Source: Mobula hypostoma (lineage: Eukaryota). Taken from it: 64,000 nucleotides of DNA. The stretch covers positions 103,914,001 to 103,978,000 of the forward strand of contig NC_086107.1 in assembly GCF_963921235.1 (NCBI RefSeq), written 5' to 3'. The translations under genes and the position numbers were made by a program. This document shows positions 10,885-23,620 of the stretch, piece by piece. The notes under the pieces were generated by a model. That model saw only the letters and a list, made by a program, of their open reading frames with translations. It was not told where the DNA came from and did not search any database. Position 1 is the stretch's first letter. Each line of letters starts with the position of its first letter.

Positions 10885-12100
10885 GAGAATCGGGTTTAAT
10901 ATCACTAGCATGTGTCGTGAAATTTGTTAATTTTGCGCTGAAGTACAACGCAATGCATGATAATAGGAAAAAACTGAAGTAAGTATACAGTATATATAAA
11001 ACAGTGAAAAAAAATAGGAAATAAAAGACAGTGAGGTAGTGTTCACGGGTTCAACATTTGTTTAGAAATTAGATGGCAGAGAGGAAGAAGCTGTTCCTGA
11101 ATCGCTGAGTGTGTGCCTTCAGGCTTCTGTACCTCCTTCCTATATTTCTGATCGAAAAGCTTCAGAACCTGGGCCTCTAGACCTCCCTCTGCAACTGCAT
11201 CCTCGCCTTCCTAATCAGAAGACTGTAGTCTGTGCGGATTGGAAATAACGTCTCCACCTCGCTGTCTATCAACACTGTCACACTTCAGTGATGTGCTTAG
11301 CCCACTGCTCTACTCTCTCTATGAGAACAAGGCATGTCCTGGGTGGTGGGGGTCCTTAATGATGGATACCAACTTTCTGAAGTACCGCTCCTTGAATATG
11401 TCCTCGTTACTATGGAGGCTAGTGCCCATGATGGAAGCTGACTAATTTTACAACTGTAGCTTAACTCGATCCTGTGCAGTAGCCCCCCCCCCCCAGTACC
11501 AGACTGTGATACCAGTTAGAATACTCTCCACAGTGCATCTCCAGAAATTTGCAAGCGATTTTGGTAACATACCAAATCTTCTCAAACTCCTGATGAAATA
11601 CAGCTGCTGTCTTGCCTTCTTTATAGTTGCATGGGTCCAGGTTAGGTCCTCAGAGATATTGGCACCAAGGGTACAACTCACTCTCTCTCCTTCTGGTCCC
11701 TCTATGAGGACTGGTGTATATTGCCTTGTTTTAACCCTTTCTGAAGTCCACAATCAGTTATTTGGTCTCACTAACTTTGTGTTCAAGGTTTTTGCTGCGA
11801 AACCACTCAACTAGCTGGCATATCGTGCTCCTGTACACCCTCTCGTCACCATCTGAGATTCTGCCAGCAATGGTTGTATCATCAGCAAATTTATAGATGG
11901 CATTTGAGCTGTGCCTAGCCGCACAGTCATGGGTGTAGAGAGAGTTCATTTCCAATCCACACAGATTGTGGTCTTCCAGTTAGGAAGGCGAGGATCCAGT
12001 TGTGGAGGGAGGCACAGAGGCCTGGATTCTGGAGCTTTTCGATCAGAGCTATGGAATGATGGTGCTAAATGCTGAGCTGTAGTCAGTAAACAACATTTTT
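10885..12100 (-). mobile_element. Rex1/Babar-like LINE fragments, with a short oppositely oriented segment at ~11148-11330
   Basis: [28 protein letters not shown] and KARQQLYFIRSLRRFGM...CTVESILTG on the minus strand. Confidence 0.8.
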
Positions 12101-12310
12101 AACATTGTAACTAACCACTTCTACCACTTATTCTGGCAGATTGTTTCATATTCCTTCTACCTTGTGGTGGAAAATACTTGCCCTTTAAATCTCCCCCCCG
12201 CCCCTTAAATCCGTGTCCTCTTAGACTCCTCCACCCTGGGAAAGAAACTGTGACCGTCCATCTTATTTACTGCCCCTCGTGCTTTTACAAACCTCTATAA
12301 GTTCAGTGCA

Positions 12311-12436
12311 ACACACATCAAAGTTGCTGGTGAACGCAGCAGGCCAGGCAGCATCTCTAGGAAGAGGTACAGTCGACATTTCAGGCCGAGACACTTCGTC
12401 AAGACTAACTGAAGGAAGAATTAGTAAGAGATTTGA
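12311..12436 (-). mobile_element. Short Penelope pLTR insertion with a mutated hammerhead, inside a CR1 3' fragment
   Basis: Near-identical to 9260-9387. Flanked by 14-bp direct repeats ataagttca(g/c)tgca at 12297-12310 and 12437-12450. Confidence 0.8.
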
Positions 12437-13119
12437 ATAAGTTCACTGCATCAGTCTCTAGCTCCAGGGAAAATGGTCTCAACCTATACAGTCTCTCCTT
12501 GTGAATCAGGACCTTCGGTCCTGGCGATATCTTTGTGAATCTTTTCTTTACCTCCTCTTGCCAAATTGAATTGAATTGACTTTTTTTCTCACATCTTCAC
12601 ATACATGAGTAAAAATCTTTACATTATGTCTCCTAAATGTGCAATTTATAGAGATTTGTAATAAATAGTATGTACAACAGGACAGTCAGTATAACATAGA
12701 AATACAATTGTATCAGCATGAATTAACCAGTCTGATGGCCTGGTGGAAGAAGCTGTCCCGGAGCCTGTTGGTCCTGGCTTTAAAGAACTAGAGGTCTCAA
12801 GTTTAGGGTGAAAGGTGAAATATTTAAGGGGGATCTTCTTCATTCTGGGGATAGTGTGACTGTGAAACAAGCTGCCAGCAGAGGTGGTGGATGCGGATTC
12901 AGTTGTAACATTTAAGAAGAGTTTGGATAGGTAGGTGGATGACAGTGTTATGAATGGGGTCTAAGCAGTAAACCAGTGCCGGCATGGACAAGATGGGCCC
13001 GTGCTGTTGTGCTGTGCAACTGTACGCCACCCACACACTCTTCCACGTCATTAATATACTGTATATGATAAGGAATACAACCGATCCCTGTGGCACAAAC
13101 CTCCACCACTTTCTGTCGG

Positions 13120-15060
13120 TCTTCCCTCCCCCTCAGCCTCCCCCTCCCCGCTCCCCCTCCCCTCTCCCCCTCTCCCCTCTCCCCCTCTCCCCTCTCCTCC
13201 TCTCCCCTCTCCCCCTCTCCCCCTCTCCCCCTCTCCCCCTCCCCTCTCCCCCTCCCCTCTCCCCCTCCCCCCTCCCCCTCCCCTCTCCCTCTCCCCCTCT
13301 CCTCCCCCCTCTCCTCCCCCCTCCTCCCCCCTCTCCTCCCCCCTCTCCTCTCCCCCTCAGCCTCCCTCTCCCCTCTCCCCTCTCCCCCCTCTCCCCTCTC
13401 CCCTCTCTCCCCTCCCCCTCAGCCTCCGTCTCCCCTCCCCCTCCCTCTCCCTCTCCCCTCCTCCTCAGCTTCCCTCTTCCCTCCCCCTCAGCTTCCCTCT
13501 CTCCTCCCCCCTCAGCCTCCCTCTCCCCCTTCCCCTCAGCCTCCCTCTCCCTTCCCCCTCTCCCCTCCCCCTTCAGCTCCCCTCAGCCTCCCTCTCCCCT
13601 CCCCCCTCAGGCTCCCTCTCTCCCTCCCCCTCTCCCCTCAGCCTCCCTCTCTCCCTCCCCCTCTCCCCTCTTCCCTCCCCCTCAGCTTCCCTCTCCTCTC
13701 CTCTCCCTCTTCCCCTCAGCCTCCCTCTCCCCCTCAGCTTTCCTCTTCCCTCCCCTAAGCCTCCCTCTCCCCTCCCCCCCAGCCTCCCTCTCCCCTCCCC
13801 CCCAGACTCCGTGTCCCCTCTCCCCAGCCTCCCTGTCCCCACCCCCTCGGCCTCTCTCTCCCCTCCTCCTCAGCCTCTCTCTCCCTCCCCCTCAGCTTCC
13901 CTCTCCCCTCCCCCTCAGCTTCCCTCTCCCTTCCCCCTCAGCCTCTCTCTCCCTCCCCACTCAGCCTCCCCCTCCCCTCCCCCCAGCCTCTTCCCCTCCC
14001 CCAGCCTCCCCCTCCCCCTCCTCAGCCTCAGCCTCCTTCTCCCCTCCCCCTCCTCAGCCTCCTCCTCCCCGACCCCCTCCTTAGCCTCCTTCTCCCCCAC
14101 CCCCTCCCCTCTTCAGCCTCCTTCTCCCCACCCCCTCCTCAGCCTCCCTCTCCCCCTCCCCTCCTCAGCCTCCCTCTCCCCTCCCCCTCCCTCTCCCTCT
14201 CCCCTCCCCCTCCATCTCCCTCTCCCCTCCTCCTCAGCTTCCCTCTTCCCTCCCCCTCAGCTTCCCTCTCTCCTCCCCCCTCAGCCTCCCTCTCCCTTCC
14301 CCCCTCAGCCTCCCTCTCCCCCTCAGCTTCCCTCTCCTCTCCTCTCCCTCTTCCCCTCAGCCTCCCTCTCCCCCTCAGCTTTCCTCTTCCCTCCCCTAAG
14401 CCTCCCTCTCCCCTTCCCCCCAGCCTCCCTCTCCCCTCCCCCCAGCCTCCCTCTCCCCTCCCCCCCAGACTCCGTGTCCCCTCTCCCCAGCCTCCCTGTC
14501 CCCACCCCCTCAGCCTCTCTCTCCCCTCCTCCTCAGCCTCTCTCTCCCTCCCCCTCAGCTTCCCTCTCCCCTCCCCCTCAGCTTCCCTCTCCCTTCCCCC
14601 TCAGCCTCTCTCTCCCTCCCCACTCAGCCTCCCCCTCCCCTCCCCCCAGCCTCTTCCCCTCCCCCAGCCTCCCCCTCCCCCTCCTCAGCCTCAGCCTCCT
14701 TCTCCCCCTCCCCCTCCTCAGCCTCCTCCTCCCCGACCCCCTCCTTAGCCTCCTTCTCCCCCACCCCCTCCCCTCTTCAGCCTCCTTCTCCCCCTCCCCC
14801 TCCTCAGCCTCCTCCTCCCCGACCCCCTCCTTAGCCTCCTTCTCCCCCACCCCCTCCCCTCCTCAGCCTCCTTCTCCCCCTCCCCAGCCTCCTTCTCCCC
14901 CCACCCCCTCAGCCTCCCTCTCCCCCTCCCCTCCTCAGCCGCCTTCTCCCCCTCCCCTCCAGCCTCCCCCTTCTCCCCTCTCCCCTCCTCCCCCCTCAGC
15001 CTTCCTCTCCGTTCTCCCCTCCCTCCTGCTCCCACCCCACCCCACCCCACCTCCTTAAAC
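13120..15060 (+). repeat. ~1.9-kb polypyrimidine (C/T) low-complexity tract with an internal ~660-bp duplication
   Basis: Almost purine-free apart from ctcagc units. The marker cccagactccgtgtcccc occurs at 13801 and 14464. Confidence 0.95.
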
Positions 15061-16409
15061 ACCCATTCCCCCTCCTCTTTTTGCTGGGGCCATCCTCTAC
15101 TTGCTGGGGCCATCCTCTACTGGAGCTCCTATGCCAGGGACGTCCACATTCCCAGCAAGGGAACCAGTCCAGCTTTCCTTGCTGATGTGGCAGCAGCTGA
15201 CTCTGCCTTCGTTCCAGCCCCTTCTGCCGGAGAGCGGCCACAAGCAGCTCACTTGAAGCCAAGCAGCAGCTGTACACTTCACTCTCAGACTGAGGCCCTG
15301 CATGCTAAACCCACAGATCAGCAGTGGCAGCTGTCGGGTAGATTGAAGCTCTCCAGACCGCTTGTTCTTTCCGTTCCACAAGTGTTCTTTCTATTCTGAA
15401 AAGTAAAGTCTTTACCGGTTCTCGGGCAGGAATGGACTGCTACTTCTGCAGGAGTAAAGTGGCTGTGTGATCGAAGCTTGTGTCTTAGGGTTGGACATTG
15501 TATGGCCGTATGTATTGGGGGTTTAAGAGACTGAAATATTTTATACAGCAGAGGCTGTGAGATGTAGTACATGGAATAAGGGGCCCTGAGACCTGATGTG
15601 GGGATATGGGGTGTGTGTGTGTTCCAGAAGTACACAGGATTTAGAATGAGTGCTCTGTCTGTTGCTATGTTTTTGTTTAACTTTCAAAATAGTTTGCCAG
15701 TCTGTTAACCTATTAATCCCCAAAATGGTGAACATGATCCAGATACTACCCGTCAACGTTACCCTCTTTGAACGCTCTCTTGCTTCTCCCGTGAGCAGCT
15801 CACTTCAACATTAACACAGTTGCTCTGTCTGTAGGTTGAACTTACTCTGCGACTGAGGGGCTGTACCTGATGAGCCTTTGAGGCTGTCGGGGTGGAGTGT
15901 TGCCCCCAAAGTGAATGCCTCGCTTCCTATGGTCCCATTCTGAACTGGGCATCACTGCTGGTCTCCTGCTTGGACTCTGCTTTCACCGCTTGGACCCGTA
16001 TGGAAGCAACCAGAACCCATTTCACCGCTCGGAGCTGAAGGAATTCCGACGGCAGCTGTGTGCAGGAACTGGAACAAAGCTGGAGCAGGAGGTGAGCCAG
16101 TGCTCGATCATTACCCGGTGTTGGGGGCACAGATGCAGACCTTGGGGTTAGTGTCCATTAGTTGTTCACCTCTCAAATTCCCGCTGAGTACTGAGTGGGC
16201 TTGTTTATTTTTAGTAAAAGTTTATTCACCAACAAAACACTGACCATTATAAATGTACAGTTTCAAATTAAAATATTAATATCTACAGTGCATTCAAACT
16301 TCTGAGGGTCCCACCGATCCTGGAAATCCCTCATTGTGCCCATCTGAGTGGACTCTGTTACAGCCAGTCCTGCAATATCCAGCTTTGCCCCTCTAATCTT
16401 TCCAAGACC

Positions 16410-16503
16410 TGGGCAGCACAGTGGTGCAACTGTCTGTCAGAGGCACTGCTTCACGGCGCTGTAGACCCAGGTTTAATCCTGACCTCCAGTGCTGTCTGTG
16501 TGG
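16410..16503 (+). mobile_element. tRNA-derived SINE head (V-SINE/HE1-like), degenerate
   Basis: gggcagcacagtggtgca...gacccaggtttaatcctgacctccagtgctgtctgtgtgg, similar to the better-preserved copy at 59030. Confidence 0.55.
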
Positions 16504-16504
16504 T

Positions 16505-19200
16505 ACAGGTATTGGTTTATTATTGTCACGTGTACCAAGATACAGTGGCTAGCTTGTCTTGCATACTGTTTATACAAATCAGATCTTTACAGCGTGCATT
16601 GAGCTAGAACAGGGTACAATAACAGTGCAAAAACTACCGAAAAAGTGCAGCACAGGTCAACAACAAAGTGCAAGCTCATAACGAGGTAGATTGTCAAGTT
16701 TATTGTTATTTAACTATATACATGTATATAGAAACAATACAACGTTTCTCCGAACCTGGTTGTAAATGCAACGAGCATATACAACAGTTCTTCCCTGTGT
16801 GACAGGAGAACACACATCATAGAACAATAGTCTGTTTTATTATTTCGTACATTATTATTGCACATTAGTGAATTATTGTGTATATTATTATTCCGTACTT
16901 TATATTAGTTAATATTATTATCATATTTATTATTATTATTGCTGTGTGTTTTTAAATGTTGCTGCTGTAACAAAATAATTTCCCTCTCAGGGAATAAATA
17001 AAGTACTTATTATTCTTAAAGCACAGTAGTATGCATAACACACGATATCGTGAAGGCAAGGATAAAATCCACAGATGAATCACACATAAATAACGAACTA
17101 AAGTGCATAAATTAAATTCTGTTAGTTTCCAAACAGATTAACCAGGGACATTTCGAATACAATGCAGCAGGAGTTTGGGGCCTAATTGCCTGAGGGAAGA
17201 AACTGTTTCCCATCCTGACCATTCTTGTTCTTATGTATCGGAGTCTGCTGCCTGGTGGTAGAATGTCAAAGAGGATGCTGGATGGATGGCTTAATAATAC
17301 TAAGGGCCCTGTGTACACAGTGTTCCTGATAATCAGAATCAGGCTTATTATCACCAGCATGTGTCGTGAAATTTGTTAACTTAGCAGCAGCAGTTACATA
17401 ATACATATTACATAATGGAGAAGAAGAAAATAATACTAAATAAGTAAATTAATTACAGTCTACGTATATTGAATAGATTAAAAATCGTGCAAGAAATAAT
17501 ATATACTGTATTAAACAAGTGAAGTAGTGTTCAACGGGATCAATGTCCATTTAGGAATTGGATGGCAGAGGGGAAGAAGCTGTTCCTGAATCACTGAGTA
17601 TGTGCCTTCAGGCTTCTGTACCTCCTACCTGATGGTAACAGTGAGAAAAGGGCATGCCCTGGGTGCTGGGGGTCCTTAATAATGGACGCTGCCTTCCTGA
17701 GACACCGCTCCTTGAAGATGTCCTGGGTACCTTGTAGGCTGGTACCCAAGATGGAGCCAACTAAATTTACGACCTTCTGCAGCTTCTTTCGATTCTGTGC
17801 AGTAGCCCCCTGATACCAGGCAAGTGATGCAGCCTGTCAGAATGCTCTCCACAGTACATCTATAGAAGTTTTTTGAGTGTATTTGTTGACATGCCAAATC
17901 TCTTCAAACTCCTAATGAAGTTTAGATGCTGTCTTGCCTTCTTTGTATCTGCATCAATATGTTGGGACCAGGTTAGATCTTGACACCTGGTATGGTCCCT
18001 GATCATGTCCCCAATGGATGGTAGTGAGACCCCTATGATCCTCTCAACTGATTGTGAGGCCAAGTGTCCATATTATTGTTCAGGAAGTCTTTAAGATTCT
18101 GATAACAGTGGGATAGAAGCTTTCCTTGAACCTGATGATTTGTGCTTTCAGATTTTCTTATCCTCTGCCTGATGAAGGGGAGATACGAGAATGTTGGGGT
18201 GGATGAAATCTTTGATTTGGCTGCTTTACTGAGACAGAGTAGGTAGGAGGGATTAGTGTTTGGTGTTTTTGATTTGCTTTTTCGCTGGTTCACCGCACCA
18301 TGGGCTGAATGGCTGGTTCCTTTGCGGTAATTTTTAATATTCGATGTTCTAGAGTACAAAGAGGAGAGACTGTTTCCTGTGATGTGCTGGGCTGCGTCCA
18401 CAACTCTGCAAGTTTCTTGCGATCAGTTGCCATACCAAGCCATTATGCATCCAAGCAAAATGCTTTCTATGGTGCATCGATAAAAATTGTTAAGAGTTGA
18501 TGGGGCCATCCTGAAGTTCTGCACACTCCTGGGAGGTTATTGGTGAGCCTGTCCTGGTCCAGTGTGATTAGAGCAGGACAGGCTATTGGTGATGTTGACA
18601 TCTAGGAACTTGAAGCTCTCGACCTCAGCACTGTTGATGTAGACAGGGATGTGTGCACCATCTCTCTCCCTCCCCCACCCCATTATTGAAGTAAATGGCC
18701 AGCTCTTTTGTTAACATTGAGGAAAACGTTGTGATACCATGTCACTAAGCTCTCTGCCTCCTTCCAGTACTCCGACACATCGTTGTTTGAGATGTGGCCC
18801 ACTACAGTGATATCACCTGCAAACTTGTACACAGGGTTGGAGCAGAATCTGGGCACGTAGTTGTGGAGTGTATTGCAGAGAAGCAACTTTGCTGAGGACC
18901 ACAGATTGGTGGAGGTGTTGCCGCCTATCCTGTCTGATTATGTTCTGTTGGTCAAAAACCCAAGGATCTAGTTGCAGAGGGAGATATTAACTCCCAAGGT
19001 CCAAAGTTTGCTTAGTATTGAAGGCAGATCTGTAGTCGATAGTGTGACCTAGGTTTCTTTACTGTCCAGAGGTGAGCACAGGACCAGGGAGATGGTGTCA
19101 GTAAGGCAAATTACAATGGGAAAGGTTGTCTGAAAAACTGGAGTTAATGTGTGCCATGAACAGCGTCTCAAAACACCTTATGATGTGAGATATTACCATC
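16505..19200 (-). mobile_element. Cluster of degenerate Rex1-like LINE fragments
   Basis: Minus-strand peptides KARQHLNFIRSLKRFGM, FYRCTVESILTGCIT, YKFAGDITVVGHISNND, and repeated 3'-end sequence gaagaagctgttcctgaat. Confidence 0.7.
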
Positions 19201-20984
19201 ATGGTGGATTTTGCAAGTTCCCCTGTGACTGAATGATTTTCCACCGGGGTGCCCTCTCCGTACCCCGACCCCTCCCCCCTTTCCCATCTCCCTAGCTCTT
19301 CCCCCACTCCACCCCTTATTGACTTTCCCTCCTCTGCTAAAAAATTGTCCCTACTGTATAGGTGGGTGGTACCATCTGGAGGAAGTTGATGGGGAATTTT
19401 AAATATGTATGATTAGTTTAAATGGATGGTTGATGGAAACATGGCCTGCTTCAATGTTGAGGGCATGCCCTGTCCCAGGGATGCAGAAGAGGCCAGAAAG
19501 GCTTTGTCCCATGCTCAGTGCCAAATGGCTGTAAGCTCACCGAATCCATAGCTTGGAATAAAAGGATTTGCACACCTCCAACCCCCACCGCCACCCGCCC
19601 TTACCTCTGCCCTCCTCACAGCGCTAACTGTCAGACCCTGCATTCCCACTCAGTGTGTTCACCGCCCTTCTGTGCTACTCATCCGACCCCCTCCCCACTC
19701 CCTCTCTCCCCCCTTCTCCCTCTCCTCTCACCCCTCTGCTCCCTCTCCTACACCCCCCTTCCCCCTCTCTCCTTCCTCCCTGTTATCCCTGCCCTTCCCA
19801 GTGCTTGCTGTTCTTCTTTCCTATTACACTCCAGCACCCCACCCTGCTCTCTCTTGGCCCGTTTCCAGCTATTGGTTTGAATGACTCTCGATTGTGTTTC
19901 AATCTGCGATAAACTCCACAAGAATAAACGCGAGCCGATGCTTCTTTGTTGGTGGGGGAGGGGGAGGTCATTTCTTTGCTGCTGCTTATGCGTGGGAGGG
20001 GGGAGCTGGGGGCGGGCTCTGGGGTTCTGACATCTAACCGTCATTCATTCTTTGGGGCACACCTCTGTTTTGTGAATGTTTGCGAAGAAATAGAATGTTA
20101 GGGTGTATATGGCGTACATTTCTCTGACATTTAATGTACATATTAAACTTATTCAATCAAGGTCACGTGGAACACCTGCCCTACGGAAAACAGTCCCTGT
20201 AATCATTAACCAACAGGCTCCCTGGGAGTAGGAGTCGCCACAGAGTTTTCAGCATTCCGTGACCTTGTCCTACCCTCCTCCCACTCCCCAGACCAATCCC
20301 ATCCCAGTCCCAACCCTTCTGCCGTCCTTGGGACCTGTGTGTGAAGGAGTACGATCAGGTATCCACTGCTGGCAGAGTACCGACTGCTAGTCAAGCGATG
20401 ATCTGAAATAGATACAGTCGCGAAACAGAACAGGCATCCTGACCTGGGTCAGCGCAGAAGTGTTGAAAACCTTTAGAGGTCTGGAGTTGTAGCAGATAGA
20501 ATGTTAGTTCAAGCATCCAGTTAAGTTACCCTGTGCCTCAGCGTTTCGGACAGAGCTGCGATGGTGGCAGGATTGGCTCGTTAGCCAGTATGACGCGGGA
20601 ATCTCATCAGATACTTGTGCAATCCATGTCAAAATTGTCTGTAACTTTCCAAATGTCCCCTGCTGTTAGTGCAAGGCAGTGCCACCATTAACTTTCAACT
20701 TCACAGCTCACTGTTTAGAAAGTACGCTGGCCTGCAAGTGGATGGCTCAGTTAAAATTGGGTGCCTCTGCTTATTGCCTGGAACACCCAGTTTGTACCCT
20801 CATGCTGTGTCTGCTCTGGGCTGGTATAGAGGACACACATTGCTCCCTTTCTAGCATGTGCAGCACTTGTCTGATGGAATGGCTTCAGCGTAGTTCTATA
20901 CCTAACCTGGAACGTTGGAAACGGCAGTGCAGATGGCACCTTGCCCTGTAGCTAACCCAAAGCTACTGTCACCAGCCTATCATC

Positions 20985-21722
20985 TCCCTGTGGTGTCCCC
21001 TCTTCGGCCCTTTGCCACCTATCACTTCCCAGCTTCTCACTTTATCCTCCCTCTTCCCCCACCTGCCCACCTTCCCATTCACCCGGTCTCACCTATCACC
21101 TGTTGGCTTGTACTCCTTCCCCTCCCCCACCTCCTTATACTGACTTTCCCCCTCCCCCATCTTATACTGACTTCCCCCTCCCCCATCTTATACTGACCCC
21201 CCCACCTTATACTGACCTCCCCTCCCCCACCTTTTCCTGACCTCCCCTCCCCTACCTTTTCCTGACCTCCCCTCCCCTACCTTATACTGACCTCCCCTCC
21301 CCCACCTTATACTGACTCCTTCCCCCTCCTTATACTGAATTCCCCCCTCCCTTCATCTCCTTATACTGGCTTCCCCCCTCCCTTCTTCTCCTTTTACTGG
21401 CTTCCCCCCTCCCTTCATCTCCTTTTACTGACTTCCCCCCTCCCTTCATCTCCTTTTACTAACTTCCCCCCTCCCTTCATCTCCTTATACTGGCTTCCCC
21501 CCTCCCTTCATCTTCTTTTACTGACTTCCCCCCTCCCTTCATCTCCTTTTACTGACTTCCCCCCTCCCTTCATCTCCTTTTACTGACTTCCCCCTGCCTT
21601 CATCTCCTTTTACTGGTTTCTCCCCCTCCTTTCCAGTCCTGATGAAGGGTCTCAGCGCAAAAGGTTAACTGTCTCTAGATGCTGCTTGACCTGCTGAGTT
21701 TCTCGAACATTTTGTGTGTGTC
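20985..21722 (+). mobile_element. Old Penelope 3'/pLTR fragment containing an expanded 31-bp C/T minisatellite (~21120-21625) and a decayed hammerhead
   Basis: ttccagtcctgatgaagggtctc...gatgctgcttgacctgctgagtttc...cattttgtgtgtg. 31-bp unit ctccttttactgacttcccccctcccttcat. Confidence 0.75.
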
Positions 21723-22229
21723 TCTGGATGAGCTGTTTGAAGTGACACTGAATCTCTTCTGATTCCCGTGGCAGTGCTCTGCGATGAACGGGGTAGAATG
21801 AGTTCCAGTGCCCTGTTAAATCTACGTTAAAGGGTCAGGAGGTACCACGTCAGGGATTGTAGACCAACTTTAGGCTTTTGACAAGTGCAAGGGACATGTT
21901 ACGGGGGAGGTCATGGTAAATTTGCTTTTATCTGGGAACATTGCGTCCGATGGTCTCCACTGTTCACAAACATTTGGCTCAAAGGCACGTGTGCTAGGAG
22001 TCTGATTGGGCGAGCGGCTGGGGGTGGTGGTTGAAATCAACACTGAAGATTAGCTTTTCAGAAACAGTGAGCAGCTGTTACTAAGTACTGCGTTTGAATG
22101 TGTTCACATACTACAAGCAGGGATCAGGAAGCATCAGGAAAGGTTGGCGCTGAAGTAGTGTGTTGGGGAGCTTACAGGAGACTACGTGAGTGTATCTGAA
22201 TGACAGAATGTGTTTTCTATAGAACTTGC

Positions 22230-23620
22230 AGTTGCTTGAACACTGGTGTCTCTCAGCCTTTCTCACTGATGCCTGTACCCCGGTGTCTCTCAGCCCCTCT
22301 GAGCAATGCCTGTATACTGCTATCTCAAACCTGCTGGGTGATGTCTCTCTCCGATGCCTGTGCCCAAGTGTCCCTCAGCCCCTTTCCCTGATATTGGTAC
22401 GCTGGTGTCATTCAGCCCTTCTCTCAGATACCCGTATCCTGGTGCCTCAGCCCCTTTCACCGACGCTGTACCCCAGTGTCTCTCGGCCCCTCTCTCCAGT
22501 GCCCATACCCTGTTGTCTCTTGTTCCTTCTCTCCGATACCCGTTACCCAGTGTCTCTCATTCCCTCTCTCCAATGCCCATTACCCGGTGTCTCCTGGCCC
22601 CTCTCTCTGATACCCATTACCCAGTGTCTCCCGGCCCCTCCCTACGATACCTGTTACCCTGTGTCTCCCGGCCCCTCTCTCCAATGCCTGTTACCTGGTG
22701 TCTCCCGGCCCCGCTCTCTGTTACCTGTTACCCGGTGTCTCCTGGCCCCTCTCTCCGAAACCCGTTACACGGTGTCTCTCGGTCCCTCTCTCCAATGCCT
22801 GTTACCCTGTGTCTCCCGGCCCCTCTCTCTGATGCCTGTTGCCTGGTGTCTCTCATCTTCTCTCTCTGATGCCCATACCCCAGTGTCTGTCGGCCCCTGT
22901 CTCCTATGCCCGTTACCCCGTGTCTCTCGGTCCCTCTCTCCAATGCCCATTACCCGGTGTCTCTCGGTCCCCCTCTCCAATGCCCGTTACCCCGTGTCTC
23001 TCGGTTCCTCTCTCCAATGCCCATTACCCGGTGTCTCTCGGTCCCCCTCTCCAATGCCCGTTACCCCGTGTCTCTCGGTTCCTCTCTCCAATGCCCATTA
23101 CCCGGTGTCTCTCGGTCCCTCTCTCCAATGCCCGTTACCCGGTGTCTCTCGGCCCCTCTCTCCGATACCCGTTACCTGGTGTCTCTCGGTCCCTCTCTCC
23201 AATGCCCGTTACCCGGTGTCTCTCGGCCCCTCTCTCCGATACCCGTTACCTGGTGTCTCTCGGTCCCTCTCTCCAATGCCCGTTACCCGGTGTCTCTCGG
23301 TCCCCCTCTCCAATGCCCGTTACCCCGTGTCTCTCGGTCCCTCTCTCCGATCCCCTTTACCCGGTGTCTCTCGGCCCCTCTCTCCAATGCCCATTACCCG
23401 GTGTCTCTTGGTCCCTCTCTCCGATACCCGTTACCCGGTGTCTCTCAGCCCCTCTCTCCGATACCCGTTACCTGGTGTCTCTCGGTCCCTCTCTCCAATG
23501 CCCGTTACCCGGTGTCTCTCAGTCCCTCTCTCCAATACCCGTTACCTGGTGTCTCCCGACCCCTCTCTCCGATGCCCATATCCCGGTGTCTCTTGACCCT
23601 TGTCACTAATGCCCGTACCC
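22230..23620 (+). repeat. 37-bp GC-rich minisatellite, ~35 copies (cccgttacccggtgtctctcggtccctctctccaatg)
   Basis: 37-bp period (e.g. tgtctctcgg at 22921 and 22958). Homogeneous core ~22900-23570, decayed copies at the 5' end. Confidence 0.95.

Noticed and set aside
12984..15113. Long Pro/Ser/Leu-rich and Gly/Glu/Arg-rich ORFs (extensin- or formin-like)
   Set aside because: Translation artefacts of a C/T-only tract that cannot contain stops; the same applies to 4843-5409 and 48521-49366.
20537..20557. REST/NRSE site (ctcagcgtttcggacagagct)
   Set aside because: The right half fits GGACAG, but the left-half core CACC is replaced by CGTT; too weak to call without ChIP data.
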